From assembly GCA_964550685.1 (NCBI GenBank), contig CAZJZY010000009.1, positions 1,181 to 65,180 of the forward strand: a DNA stretch of 64,000 bases. Direction: 5' to 3'. A model generated the notes under the pieces. The model saw only the letters and a program-made list of their open reading frames with translations. It searched no databases and had not been told where the DNA came from. This DNA comes from an uncultured Rickettsiales bacterium (lineage in GTDB: Bacteria > Pseudomonadota > Alphaproteobacteria > Rickettsiales > CANDYO01). Shown here piece after piece: positions 25,462-35,737 of the stretch; within the stretch, counting starts at the first letter, position 1, and every line of letters starts with the position of its first letter. The translations under genes and the position numbers were made by a program.

Positions 25462-26652
25462 ATGACATACGATCTAACAGACGAAGTTAAAGCTATGAGC
25501 TCTCTTAACTTTGAAGGCAATATAATTCCTATAGAATGGCTAAGTCATATTCGCCTACCTAACGGTAAACCTGATTTAGTCTCTATTTTTTTGCTAGCAG
25601 ATATTATTTACTGGTATAGACCGACTACTATTAGGCATGAGATTTCTGGTAAAATAACTGAATATAGAAAAAAATTTAAATCAGATTTGCTACAGAAAAG
25701 CTACAAGGACTTAGAAGATTTATTTGGCCTATCTAGAAACCAAATCAAAGATGCATTACAGCGTCTTGAAAAAATCAATTTGATTAAACGTATTTTTCGA
25801 AATATCAATACTCAAGGATCCTCTCTATCGAATGTAATGTTTATTCAGATATTTCCAGCAAATATTGCAATTATTACAGAAAAAAAATTAGGTATGGGGA
25901 TATTTCCCCATACCTCTGGGGATATATCCTCACACCTATGCGGATACATCCCTACACCTATGCAGATCAATCCTCATACGTATACAGAGACTACTACAAA
26001 GATTACTACAAAGAACTCTCTCTCTAAAAAAGTAAAGAATGTTTCAAGCAAACCCATACTAGATTCTTTAGTTGTAAATAAAGTAAATGAGAGAGAAGAG
26101 GAGATGTTAAATATATGGAATGAGGTAGTAGAAGAAAAAAATGAAGTAACTGTAAAATTAACCCCTAAAAGAGAGAAAATATTAAACTCAAGACTTAAAG
26201 AGTTTTTTAATGATGATCTTTCTGTTTGGAAAGACTTTTGCAAAAAAATAGCAAGTAGTAAATTTTTAATGGGAGAGATAACTAATTTTAAAGCTCAATT
26301 TGATTGGGCATTAAAAGAAGAGAATATTCTTAAGATTATCGAAAATAACTATAGTATAGGTGATAGATCGGTCGTTGAGAATGCAAATGTCGTTGCAATA
26401 GCAGAAGAAATTATCAGTGATCCAATTTGGAAAAAAACTAGAGAAATACTTAAAGAAAAGTTAGGGGAGGGGGTTTTCAGATCTTGGATATCAAAATTAG
26501 ATTTTCAGATAGTTTTAGATAACATAGCTCATTTTATAGCCCCTACTAAATTTATCAAAGATTGGATAGACTCTAATTACAGTGATGATATAAAGCTTAG
26601 TTTTAAAGCTAGTGGAATAGAAATTCAAGAAATATCAATAAAGTTAATGTAA
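25462..26652 (+). CDS. plasmid replication initiator with a C-terminal DnaA-N-terminal-like domain (DnaA-like protein of Rickettsia-type plasmids)
   Basis: Start moved to ATG 25462. It has an N-terminal wHTH-like region (..LFGLSRNQIKDALQRLEKINLIKR). The C-terminus WKKTREILKEKLGEGVFRSWISKLDF......FIAPTKFIKDWIDSNY follows the DnaA domain I pattern. Confidence 0.75.
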   Translation: MTYDLTDEVKAMSSLNFEGNIIPIEWLSHIRLPNGKPDLVSIFLLADIIYWYRPTTIRHEISGKITEYRKKFKSDLLQKSYKDLEDLFGLSRNQIKDALQRLEKINLIKRIFRNINTQGSSLSNVMFIQIFPANIAIITEKKLGMGIFPHTSGDISSHLCGYIPTPMQINPHTYTETTTKITTKNSLSKKVKNVSSKPILDSLVVNKVNEREEEMLNIWNEVVEEKNEVTVKLTPKREKILNSRLKEFFNDDLSVWKDFCKKIASSKFLMGEITNFKAQFDWALKEENILKIIENNYSIGDRSVVENANVVAIAEEIISDPIWKKTREILKEKLGEGVFRSWISKLDFQIVLDNIAHFIAPTKFIKDWIDSNYSDDIKLSFKASGIEIQEISIKLM

Positions 26653-27066
26653 AGAAAAGAGTTATAAGCAATTATCATTGGTTAAGAAATAAAACTAAAC
26701 ACATCATTATTTCACCAGAGAAAACTTTAGAGTTGGCGAAGTTGCTATAAAGTTCCAAATTAGATTATTAGATTAGCCACTTTATTGCCTTCATGAAGAA
26801 AAAGAATATAATATTTAGTAATATTATTTATAGTTTATACAATTTAAACCCATCATGTATTGCTTCACAACTATTTCTCCGAAGCAATGTAAAAGCCAAT
26901 TGCGCTAAAAATAGACAGCACTCTTAGTAAACTAATATTAATATACGCGTTAACGAAATCTTAACTTATATCTTGTATACACTAATATATTAATAACTAT
27001 AACAAAGTGTAGTTACTATACGTAATTATATTTTATAGATAAATTTATCCTGGAGTTAAACAGGAT

Positions 27067-27264
27067 ATGGGGAATATAATACAGAGCAATAAAGTAGTCA
27101 CATCTGATTTACTTGAAAATGTCATTGGAGCATCGATTATGAATAAAGAGGTTAGAGCTAAATTAGAGCACTTTGTTAAAGTAGCGCTAAGTGTTGGGTT
27201 AACTAAAAAAAATATCATTGCTATGATAACTCATATGATAATGCATATTCGTAATTATAAATGA
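27067..27264 (+). CDS. hypothetical small protein (65 aa)
   Basis: ORF track only. A good intrinsic terminator 19 nt downstream gives weak support. Confidence 0.3.
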   Translation: MGNIIQSNKVVTSDLLENVIGASIMNKEVRAKLEHFVKVALSVGLTKKNIIAMITHMIMHIRNYK

Positions 27265-27282
27265 AAAAAAGAAAGAAAAAAT

Positions 27283-27311
27283 AAAACCCAGCTGTAACTG
27301 GGTTTTATTTT
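27283..27311 (+). terminator. Rho-independent terminator
   Basis: AAAACCCAG (27283-27291) pairs with CTGGGTTTT (27298-27306) around a 6-nt loop, followed by ATTTTA. Confidence 0.7.
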
Positions 27312-27447
27312 AATGTATATATGGAACTAACCACTTACATCAGAACTATAGGAATAGTCTTACTCTAAAGAGTAGCATATGATGATAAGATGTCAATAAT
27401 AAGTAAGTTAGTTAGATTCCTTTTTAAAAATAGTAAAAGAGAAAATC

Positions 27448-28449
27448 ATGGCTAAATTTATTATTAACGAACAATTTTTGATAATACTGCTAAATATAAT
27501 AATCATACTAATAGCTCTATGTTATTTCCTAAAGTTTAAAGGAGTTAATTTATGCTATATGCAATTAAAAAAAGAACATCAAATACTTTTGGGCGGGCTT
27601 AGAAAAGCAGAGAATCGTATTTTGGAGTTAAATGCAGAACTAAGTCAATTAAATGAACATATAAATATTCTAAAAGAACATTACCTAATAGAGTCTAATT
27701 TTATAAAAGATTTTATTAAATTTGAATATACCAAATTAAATGATGTATTAAACACTAGCATTATACTTAAAAAATATATAAGTGAGATTGCTGATAATAA
27801 TTTAAGTAGCGTTCTAAAAAAAATCTTAGACTTCACAGATATTATAAAATCTAATGCACAAAAGCAGATCTTTTTAAACAAAGAATATTCTAACAAGGAA
27901 TTAGATTTATGTGAAGTGTTAGCTACAGTAAATGCATTTTATAGAAAAACAACTTATGAAAAAAATATAAAACTTAATATAAATGGAGGCAAACCAATAG
28001 GTGGAATTCATATAGAAAGAACGTTTTTAGAATATATTTTACTTTCAATCATTGGAGATATGTTAAAGGGAGTAGGGAAGGGCAATGAAATTAATGTTAG
28101 TCTCGAAAAAATTATAAAATTCCAAGAAGAAATATTAGAAATAACATTTTCAGATGATGGTTTTGGAGTTAACATTGATAATATTTTTGGAATTAACTAT
28201 ACATCAATGGAAGGCTCAAAGCTAATTTCTTCTTTTCTTTCAAACATAGAAATTTGTAATAGAGAATTAAGCAATATTGGAGGAAAAATAAGAAGGGTAG
28301 GTAATCTAGATAAGGTAAATCGGGGAAGTAAGTATATTTTATCATTGCCTGCTAATATTAGGAGTAATAAATATACAGAATATAAAAAGAAAGGAAATGT
28401 ATTTTATTTATATGACTATAAAGTTGAAGGTAGAGCAGAAGGCTTTTAG
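27448..28449 (+). CDS. membrane-anchored histidine-kinase-like protein with degenerate catalytic motifs (333 aa)
   Basis: N-terminal TM segment and a coiled coil. The H-box-like stretch SNFIKDFIKFEYTKLNDVL has Lys where the phospho-His is expected. The HATPase-like C-terminus keeps SDDGFGV (G1) but lacks a clean N box and G2 box. Confidence 0.6.
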   Translation: MAKFIINEQFLIILLNIIIILIALCYFLKFKGVNLCYMQLKKEHQILLGGLRKAENRILELNAELSQLNEHINILKEHYLIESNFIKDFIKFEYTKLNDVLNTSIILKKYISEIADNNLSSVLKKILDFTDIIKSNAQKQIFLNKEYSNKELDLCEVLATVNAFYRKTTYEKNIKLNINGGKPIGGIHIERTFLEYILLSIIGDMLKGVGKGNEINVSLEKIIKFQEEILEITFSDDGFGVNIDNIFGINYTSMEGSKLISSFLSNIEICNRELSNIGGKIRRVGNLDKVNRGSKYILSLPANIRSNKYTEYKKKGNVFYLYDYKVEGRAEGF

Positions 28450-28922
28450 ATGGAAGGGAAATTGTTTTCAATTAAGAATTCAGCAAATTTTTCATTAGCA
28501 ATAGAAGAGTTCGGATCGTCCTTTATAGTAAATTTATAAACTTGATTAATTATAAAAATAATTTTATTAGTATCAAGAGTTTTACTTTTAAGATTCGTGT
28601 TTTTTTTACATTCCCCATTTATAATTTTAATAACAATATTGACGCAGTTATTAAATAATGATTCATTCCATTTAAGTAATTCGTTAGTTTTTTGTTCTTC
28701 ATTGTTATCTAATTTAGGATTAAATAGATCAGCGATAGGGCATTCTAGCACTTCTGCAATACGGGTTAAAGTTTCTAAGGTGGGATTCTCTCTAGTTCCG
28801 GAGAGGAAATTGCCAAGCACATTTCTTCCTACTCCAGCTTTATTTTCCATATCAGATACAGACATATCAAGAGCTTTCATTCTTTGTTTTACTACGTACT
28901 GGATGCCTTTAGCTACGCTCAT
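28446..28922 (-). CDS. XRE-family HTH transcriptional regulator, divergent from the tra operon
   Basis: MKALDMSVSDMENKAGVGRNVLGNFLSG..NPTLETLTRIAEVLECPIADLF is an HTH_3 (Cro/C1) domain. A ~90-aa C-terminal extension follows. Confidence 0.85.
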   Translation of the reverse strand: MSVAKGIQYVVKQRMKALDMSVSDMENKAGVGRNVLGNFLSGTRENPTLETLTRIAEVLECPIADLFNPKLDNNEEQKTNELLKWNESLFNNCVNIVIKIINGECKKNTNLKSKTLDTNKIIFIINQVYKFTIKDDPNSSIANEKFAEFLIENNFPSI

Positions 28923-28957
28923 TTTATATAATATATATCATTTTATTGTTTCGTTAC

Positions 28958-29081
28958 CAACATATACGTTCCGTGATTAATCTTCTATTAGTAACAAGGA
29001 ATATTAAAAAAGTAAATAAAAAAAGCTTGCATACAGTTAATTCATGTGATACATATATATTTCAATAACAACATATACGTT
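28958..29081. promoter_or_regulatory. xre/tra divergent control region: 13-bp direct repeat and a candidate tra promoter
   Basis: CAACATATACGTT occurs at 28958-28970 and 29069-29081. TTGCAT (29027-29032), a 17-nt spacer and TACATA (29050-29055) form a candidate promoter, with TG at 29047-29048 (extended -10). Confidence 0.4.
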
Positions 29082-29164
29082 GCTGTAGCGTCGCGCATGT
29101 TGCTAGTGAGGTCGTGAATATTACGATTTGGATGATTTAAGTAAAGCAAAATAAGGACTTACAA

Positions 29165-29458
29165 ATGAAAAATAAAACAAATAACACTATAAAAAACTAC
29201 GTTCTACCAATTGGGATATGCGTATCTTTAGTATCGATATCTTTACTAAGTCAAGCAGTAGATCCTTCTATGAGTATAGTAAAAGGGGTGATGTCCAGTA
29301 TTACCGATTTGATTAAGAATGAAGGGAAGATTGGCTTACAAGTTTTATCTGCAGCTGGAGGGGGACTGATGGCGGCTAAGACAGTTAGTTGGCAACCTTT
29401 GTTAGTAGGCGCTGGTGGTGCTGGAATTATTGAGGTGCTGTTTCAGGCAATTGCATAA
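29165..29458 (+). CDS. traA: F-type propilin TraA
   Basis: First gene of the block, 97 aa. Leader ending ..LLSQA/VD and a mature ~66-aa product with two Gly/Ala-rich hydrophobic segments. Confidence 0.6.
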   Translation: MKNKTNNTIKNYVLPIGICVSLVSISLLSQAVDPSMSIVKGVMSSITDLIKNEGKIGLQVLSAAGGGLMAAKTVSWQPLLVGAGGAGIIEVLFQAIA

Positions 29459-29493
29459 TATACATCCTTCAATTGAAAGAGGAGAGAAAACCG

Positions 29494-29763
29494 ATGCAAT
29501 TTTTTACAGTCTTTAGCCATTTAGATGAGCTTAAGAGATACGGAGGGGCCACTTTATTTGAGATAGTCGTAGTAGGATCAATAGTTTTGGTTGCATTCGT
29601 TCTTCAATATTTAGCGGTTGGACTATTGACAGGGTTAGTAGCTTTTAGAGTTATAAGAGCTATTAGCCGCTCAAGTAAAGTAAGTTACTACAAAAGATGG
29701 ATTTGGTTTCATTATCAAGATTTAAAATCAGGTCCAAATAAAAGCAGGAGATTCTTTTTCTAA
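29494..29763 (+). CDS. traL: TraL (pilus assembly)
   Basis: Start moved to ATG 29494 (GAGGAG RBS). FSHLDELKRYGGATLFEIVVV is followed by a TM segment, as in F TraL. About 89 aa. Confidence 0.7.
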   Translation: MQFFTVFSHLDELKRYGGATLFEIVVVGSIVLVAFVLQYLAVGLLTGLVAFRVIRAISRSSKVSYYKRWIWFHYQDLKSGPNKSRRFFF

Positions 29764-30363
29764 ATGGAAATATCAATTTTAGCAAATAACCAAAAAAATC
29801 TTTTACTACAGCGCAATATACTAGCGGGGTTATGCGTATTGACCCTATTAGGGAACGTAATTTTAGCTGTTTGTGTCTTTACTCAAGAGAGGCAAACTTA
29901 TGTTATTCCAGCTCATTTCAACAAAGAAATGCTCTTAAGTAATAAACGTTTATCAGTCAGTTATTTAGAAGAAATGTCAGTATTTTATCTTGATTTGTTA
30001 TTGGGTTTAAATGAGGGAAATATAAGTTATAACTCTAGTTTAGTTTTAAGGCATATCCATCCAAGCTTTTATAACCATATAAGCAAATTCTTAGAAGAAG
30101 AAGCAAAACGCTATCATGAATACCGTCTGAGCACTCACTTTAAATTAACAAAATTAGATATTGATGACCAGAATTTAGTAGCAGAGGCGAGCGGGGTTTT
30201 AATTAGTTACTACGGTAATTCTGGAAAATCTACGGATCAAGTCAATTATAGGATTGAGTATGATTATAGCGCAGGGGTTCTTACTATTAAAAACTTTATG
30301 ATAGTTAAAGAAGACCCTACTGCAGAACCAAATACAGCAAGCAAAACTTCAGGTAGCAAGTAG
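29764..30363 (+). CDS. traE: TraE
   Basis: N-terminal TM (LLQRNILAGLCVLTLLGNVILA) followed by ..QTYVIPA.., as in the TraE family. Position after traL. Confidence 0.85.
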   Translation: MEISILANNQKNLLLQRNILAGLCVLTLLGNVILAVCVFTQERQTYVIPAHFNKEMLLSNKRLSVSYLEEMSVFYLDLLLGLNEGNISYNSSLVLRHIHPSFYNHISKFLEEEAKRYHEYRLSTHFKLTKLDIDDQNLVAEASGVLISYYGNSGKSTDQVNYRIEYDYSAGVLTIKNFMIVKEDPTAEPNTASKTSGSK

Positions 30364-30373
30364 GAGTATTAAT

Positions 30374-31165
30374 ATGAAAGTGGGATTAATCATGGGTAAA
30401 ATAAGACAAATATTAAAACTAACAGGACTATCAATAATATTACTAACTAGTATTGGCGCTCTAGCGCAAGAATATGTTGTGCCATTAAAAGGCCAGGTAA
30501 TAGTAACTATTTCGGATAAAGGGGTTAATAGAATCTCTGTTGAGAATGATCGTATCGCTCAAGTTATAGGAAATGAAGAAGAATATATTATAGAGAGCGA
30601 TGCTAATTTAGGGCAAATATTTTTAAGCCCAGCCTTAAAGTCCATTCAAGAGATAAGTCTTAGACTCCTAACTGAGAGAGAAAAAATTATAGATGTAAAA
30701 TTTATTGTGAAGAAGTTAGAGCCGCAAACTATTACTTTTAAATATAAAAGTGAAATGGATGCTCCAGTATATAATTTAAGTCCTGCTGCATATAATCCTA
30801 ATCAAATAACATCTTCTTTAGAGCATAAAAATACATCAAATGATCAAAAGCAAATAGTAATTGATGCGATCAAGTTGGTTAATAGCAATAAGCTTAAAGC
30901 TATCGATGTACCTATTTTAAGCTGCCTTAATCAAAATAGCAAACTACGGGGTGTAAAATTAGTTAAGGCCAGCCAGTATAGTTTTGCCAAGCAGCTGTTG
31001 GTTATTAAGGCCCAAGTGCTTAATAAGAACAAAACATCAATTTCATTAGAAGAGCAAGATTTTGGCAATTGCATGAGATTCACTGATGCCGTTGCTTTAA
31101 CTAAGAATCAAATCGAACCCAGCGAAACTACTATTATTTATTTGGTAGGTAAAGATGGAAAATAA
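30374..31165 (+). CDS. traK: TraK (VirB9-like)
   Basis: Signal peptide. ..VTISDKGVNRISVENDRIAQVIGNEEEY.. is typical of TraK. Confidence 0.85.
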   Translation: MKVGLIMGKIRQILKLTGLSIILLTSIGALAQEYVVPLKGQVIVTISDKGVNRISVENDRIAQVIGNEEEYIIESDANLGQIFLSPALKSIQEISLRLLTEREKIIDVKFIVKKLEPQTITFKYKSEMDAPVYNLSPAAYNPNQITSSLEHKNTSNDQKQIVIDAIKLVNSNKLKAIDVPILSCLNQNSKLRGVKLVKASQYSFAKQLLVIKAQVLNKNKTSISLEEQDFGNCMRFTDAVALTKNQIEPSETTIIYLVGKDGK

Positions 31166-32474
31166 TGAAACAAATTCAGCCGCAGATGACGATAATAATT
31201 CTCAAGTCTTAAATGTCGTAAGTAACTCAAACAATGAGGGAGATGAGGCTAATGAGAATGGATTCGATAGCCGTAAGATATTTAAAGCCAAAATTAAAAA
31301 AATTATTTTTATAGCTTTAGCGGGAATATGTGTTCTTGCTTTAGGGCTCAACGTTTTCAAAGTTAAGAAAGCGAAATTAAATCCTATATCAACTAGCCAA
31401 ACTATGGACTTAGATGCAGGAAGTAAAGCTGCGGATACAGATAAAATGTGGAGGCAGAATCTTGAAGATAAACAAAGCGATCTAGATAAGACTTTGCAGG
31501 TAAAACTTGAGGCAATAAAAACTGAGATCAATCAGAAGGCTACGGAAAATGATAAAAAGGATGCACAAGAAATTAAATACCTAAAAGAGAAATTAAATTT
31601 TATCCAAGCTGAACTAGAAGTACAAAAACAAGATAGCGGTGATTTAAATATTGCTACTACAATTGAGAAAACGCCTAGAATTACCCGCCATGTAGTGAAT
31701 TTAAAAGATAGTAAGAATGATAAAGAATACGAGCCATTAAAAACAGCTGATAACTATATTCCAGCCGGAACAATGATTGAAGCCGCTACCTTAAATGGCT
31801 TAAGAGCATCAACTTCGGTGCAAAGCATGGGTAACCCAGATGAGATTCTAATTCAATTGATTGATTATGGAATTTTACCAAATAACTTCAGAAATAACTT
31901 AAAGGACTGCGTGATTGTTGCTGATGCCTATGGCGATCTATCTAGTGAAACAGTTAAGATTCGCACCTCTAAACTTTCTTGTATTGAGATTGAAAGTGGA
32001 GAATCAATAGAGACCGATTTAGTTGGGATGGTAGTTGGAGGTGATGGTTATGCAGGGATCAAAGGTACTGTAGTTAGCATTGATCAAAAATATTTAGCTA
32101 ATGCTTCTATTTTTGGAATTATGAGTGGCTTAGCTGGTGTGGGAGTAAAGGATAGCGCAAGCTATAACCCCTTTACTATTGGAACGGGGGCCACAAGCGC
32201 AATGAGCGATTCAGAGAAGGTTCAAAACAACTTATTGCAAGGGAGTAGTAATAGTTTAGATAAGTTGTCTGACTATTATATTGCCCATGCTGAGAGAATA
32301 CAGCCAGTTATAGAAATTGATAGGGGTAGATCTGTTACAGTCGCAGTCTTAAAAGGTGCTTATATTGGCACTTCAGCGTTAAAGAAAAACGCTTCAAAAA
32401 GAAGAGATACAGAATTAAAGCGCGCAGCTGATGAAGGTGGAAATAACTTAATAGATAGTATGGAGATAAAATAA
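31155..32474 (+). CDS. traB: TraB (VirB10-like)
   Basis: TM segment, coiled coil, then IPAGTMIEAATLNGL...CVIVADAYGDLSSETVKIRTSKLSCI, the TraB core. Confidence 0.9.
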   Translation: MENNETNSAADDDNNSQVLNVVSNSNNEGDEANENGFDSRKIFKAKIKKIIFIALAGICVLALGLNVFKVKKAKLNPISTSQTMDLDAGSKAADTDKMWRQNLEDKQSDLDKTLQVKLEAIKTEINQKATENDKKDAQEIKYLKEKLNFIQAELEVQKQDSGDLNIATTIEKTPRITRHVVNLKDSKNDKEYEPLKTADNYIPAGTMIEAATLNGLRASTSVQSMGNPDEILIQLIDYGILPNNFRNNLKDCVIVADAYGDLSSETVKIRTSKLSCIEIESGESIETDLVGMVVGGDGYAGIKGTVVSIDQKYLANASIFGIMSGLAGVGVKDSASYNPFTIGTGATSAMSDSEKVQNNLLQGSSNSLDKLSDYYIAHAERIQPVIEIDRGRSVTVAVLKGAYIGTSALKKNASKRRDTELKRAADEGGNNLIDSMEIK

Positions 32475-32476
32475 GT

Positions 32477-32962
32477 ATGAAAAATAAAAGAACTTTAATC
32501 AAAAAGATCATTATCTCAAGCATGAAATTGCTTTGCCTAAATTTAGCTCTAATGAGTTTAGGCGCTTGTAGCGTTCATAAAGCGTCCTTTGATTGTCCTA
32601 ATGGCAAGGGGATGGGTTGTGGCTCAATGATTGATGTACATGAATCTATTAAGGACAATAGCTTTTCCAGAGAAAGAGAGTCTCTTAAAAATAATTCTCA
32701 GGAGCCGGTTTGTTTAAGCTGTCAAAAACAAAACCAAGCGAATGGGCAAACAGCAACTCAAAGTTTGGATAGTCTTAGTTTAGTTGAGAGTATGGCCAGC
32801 ACTACAACTAAGCTAGATAATAACTTTATATATCGTAGCCAAGATAAGGTAATGCGCGTTTGGTTTAATAGCTACTTTGATGAAAATAATAATTTTCACG
32901 GAGAGCAATATATTTATACCGTTATTGAGCCGGCTCAGTGGATAAAAAGGGAAAGATCATGA
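32477..32962 (+). CDS. traV: TraV lipoprotein
   Basis: Lipobox LMSLGAC followed by FDCPNGKGMGCGSM, the TraV Cys motif. Confidence 0.85.
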   Translation: MKNKRTLIKKIIISSMKLLCLNLALMSLGACSVHKASFDCPNGKGMGCGSMIDVHESIKDNSFSRERESLKNNSQEPVCLSCQKQNQANGQTATQSLDSLSLVESMASTTTKLDNNFIYRSQDKVMRVWFNSYFDENNNFHGEQYIYTVIEPAQWIKRERS

Positions 32963-35364
32963 GCGAAAGTTATATCAAAAAGATATTAGATCAATGTCAT
33001 AACCCTAGCCCTAAGAGTGAGCTACTTCCATATTTATATTATGATAAGGAAAATAATCTCTTTATTAATAAAGGCTCTAATGTTGGTTTTCTTTTAGAAT
33101 TAAATCCTATTGTCGGAGTAACTGAAGCTATCTTAAAACAACTATCTCTACTGTTTGACGAGTTTCTGCCTGAGAATAGTTTTCTTCAATTTATGATGAT
33201 TGCTGGAAGTGATATTAGTGGGATTGCTGATCCCTGGATGGAACAATATAGAGATGCCGATGCTTTACTTAAGAATATAGCGAGTAAAAGAGTTAAGTAC
33301 TTAAAAACCATGACCGAAGGAGGTGAGGGGCCTTATCGCCTTAAGAATTATAATATTGTAGTTAGTTTCTCGAAGGCCATTAAATATTCTAAAGTTGGAA
33401 TTAAGGAGTTAAATGAGTTTCGTAATCAGCTAGAGGCCTTATTTCGTTCATGTGGCTTGAGTTTAAGACGAATGGATGTTGAGGATTTTTTAAAAATAAC
33501 TGGAGATATTTTATCTCCTAAGTCAGAAGTTGAAAATTATAATGAGCATGAGAATTTAAATCAACAAATGAGTAAAGCTAATCCAATTATGTTTGATGGA
33601 CATAAGATTAAGCATGGAAAAAAAGGTCAGACCTATATAAGTAAAAGCTATTGTTTTGAGCAAACCCCAAAGAAATTTAGTCTTGATTTGATGATAAATT
33701 TATTAGGTGACGCATTGCGCGATAATCTGCAAATTCCAGGCAAGCTTATTTTAAGTTATACGATTAGTAATGATATATCAAATAAGAAGCAAGAAATACT
33801 TAAAGACAAAGGTGGGGCTGTAATTAAGCAGGCAGATTCGTATTTTGTAAGATTTGATAATCTTATAAAAAAGGAAATAGGCGAATGGAGTGAGGCGCTA
33901 GAGTTATTAAATAATGGCAAAAAACTATTATCTACTTCTTTTTCTATTCTTTTAACTGAAAGAGAAGAATGCTTTGCTAGGGCTGAGCAATTCCTAACTT
34001 CGGTTTATGTAACTAATGGCTTTAAGATTAAAACTTTAGATGGTTTTATGCTGCCAGGATTTTTATCTTGTATGCCTTTTGGGCCAAGTAGTGGGATTTT
34101 TAATCTCTTTAAGAAACACGGGCTGGCCCAAACTACATTAAGCACTACACCGCTGGCTTTTCTGCCAATACATGGCGAGTGGAAAGGTAATTCACGAGAA
34201 GGGCTATTACTTGCTGGGAGAAGGGGGCAGGTATTTACAATTGATCCTTTCGTTGGAGAGTCAAATTATAATGTAAATGTCATAGGCCAATCAGGTAGCG
34301 GTAAATCAGTGCTTCTACAAGATATGGTGGCTAATTTTCTGGCCAATGATACTAAAGTGTTTGTTTTAGATATAGGTCGCAGTTACGAGAAAATCTGTAA
34401 TCTATGTGGTGGTGATTTTATTGAATTTAAGATGGACAGCCAAATCTGCCTTAATCCTTTTGATCGTGCTAGCTTAAATTCTAGTGAGGCTCAGGGTGAT
34501 TTCTTAAGTCTTATTTTGCCTATTTTAGCAAAGATGGTAGCGCCCAAACGAGGAACAACAGATATTGAAGATTCAATCCTAGCTCGAGTATTACAAGAAA
34601 CATGGGTCTTAAAAAAAAATAAAACAACAATTACAGATATTGCTAAAAAGCTTCAAGCAGAAGGGACTGATATTTCAAGAGATTTAGCAACTATGTTATT
34701 TCAGTATTCAGATCAAGGTAGCTATGGCCGTTTTTTCAATGGCAAATCAAATGTTGATTTTAAGAATCGTTTAACTGTGATTGAATTCGAAGATTTAAGA
34801 GAGCGACGCGATTTATTATCAGTCATCATGCAGATGTTATCGGCGCAGATTATGACCCAGGTGTTCTCTGGCAATAGACAACAGCGTTTTGTAATTCTAT
34901 TTGATGAAGCTTGGTTTGCGCTTGAATTATTTCCAGGGCTTTTGGCATCTTTGGCTCGAACTATTCGTAAATATTGGGGTGGTTTAATTTTAGGAACACA
35001 ATCAGTAAATGATTTTTATGTCAATGATACAGCTAAATCTATTTTAGAAAACTCTGGTTGGTTATTTATGCTAAAGCAAAAAAAAGAATCAATTGATCTA
35101 TTAAAAGAATCAAAAAGAACGGCTTTGGATGATGGCCAGATTCAATTGATTAAATCATTGAATGTGGTGCCAGGAAAATATTCAGAATGCTTGATATCAT
35201 CTTCTAGCGGTTATGTGGTAGGTAGACTTATTCTCGATCCTTATTCGAAGATTCTATATTCAACTTCACCAACTGAATTTGCCGGAGTGCAAAAATTAGT
35301 AAAATCAGGGCGTAGTGTTCATGAGGCAATAGAGGAGATAGCAGAAAATGTTTATGGAAAATAA
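32959..35364 (+). CDS. traC: TraC (VirB4-family ATPase)
   Basis: Start moved to ATG 32959 (ATGA overlap with traV). VIGQSGSGKSVLLQD (Walker A) and FVILFDEAW (Walker B). Confidence 0.95.
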   Translation: MSESYIKKILDQCHNPSPKSELLPYLYYDKENNLFINKGSNVGFLLELNPIVGVTEAILKQLSLLFDEFLPENSFLQFMMIAGSDISGIADPWMEQYRDADALLKNIASKRVKYLKTMTEGGEGPYRLKNYNIVVSFSKAIKYSKVGIKELNEFRNQLEALFRSCGLSLRRMDVEDFLKITGDILSPKSEVENYNEHENLNQQMSKANPIMFDGHKIKHGKKGQTYISKSYCFEQTPKKFSLDLMINLLGDALRDNLQIPGKLILSYTISNDISNKKQEILKDKGGAVIKQADSYFVRFDNLIKKEIGEWSEALELLNNGKKLLSTSFSILLTEREECFARAEQFLTSVYVTNGFKIKTLDGFMLPGFLSCMPFGPSSGIFNLFKKHGLAQTTLSTTPLAFLPIHGEWKGNSREGLLLAGRRGQVFTIDPFVGESNYNVNVIGQSGSGKSVLLQDMVANFLANDTKVFVLDIGRSYEKICNLCGGDFIEFKMDSQICLNPFDRASLNSSEAQGDFLSLILPILAKMVAPKRGTTDIEDSILARVLQETWVLKKNKTTITDIAKKLQAEGTDISRDLATMLFQYSDQGSYGRFFNGKSNVDFKNRLTVIEFEDLRERRDLLSVIMQMLSAQIMTQVFSGNRQQRFVILFDEAWFALELFPGLLASLARTIRKYWGGLILGTQSVNDFYVNDTAKSILENSGWLFMLKQKKESIDLLKESKRTALDDGQIQLIKSLNVVPGKYSECLISSSSGYVVGRLILDPYSKILYSTSPTEFAGVQKLVKSGRSVHEAIEEIAENVYGK

Positions 35365-35737
35365 AACAAAGACTCTTTCAAAATTCAATAGAGACATTAC
35401 TATTTTCGGCTGTGGTTTATCTATGGGGATATTATTAATGTATTTCATGGTTGTTTTAAACGTCATAAAACCAGAGAGGACAAAATATGTCTATGTGGAT
35501 GTAGAACAAATCATTTCTTCTGTAAATCAAAACTTAAGTCAGAAATTAGAAGAGAAGCAAATCAGCGAAGAACAGATTGATGAGAAGCTAATTAAGGCAA
35601 AGACTCAATTTAATATTATTTTAGATAACTATTCTATTAAAAATAATGCCATTGTTATTAGCTCACATAAAGTAATTGCCGGGGCCCAGAACGTTACGGA
35701 GTATTTTGCAGCTGAAATATTAGCGGGGATCAAATGA
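35348..35737 (+). CDS. trbI: TrbI-like protein
   Basis: 129 aa with a single N-terminal TM. The ..SEEQIDEKL.. region and ..VIAGAQNVTEYF.. resemble F TrbI. Position between traC and traW. Confidence 0.6.
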   Translation: MFMENKTKTLSKFNRDITIFGCGLSMGILLMYFMVVLNVIKPERTKYVYVDVEQIISSVNQNLSQKLEEKQISEEQIDEKLIKAKTQFNIILDNYSIKNNAIVISSHKVIAGAQNVTEYFAAEILAGIK

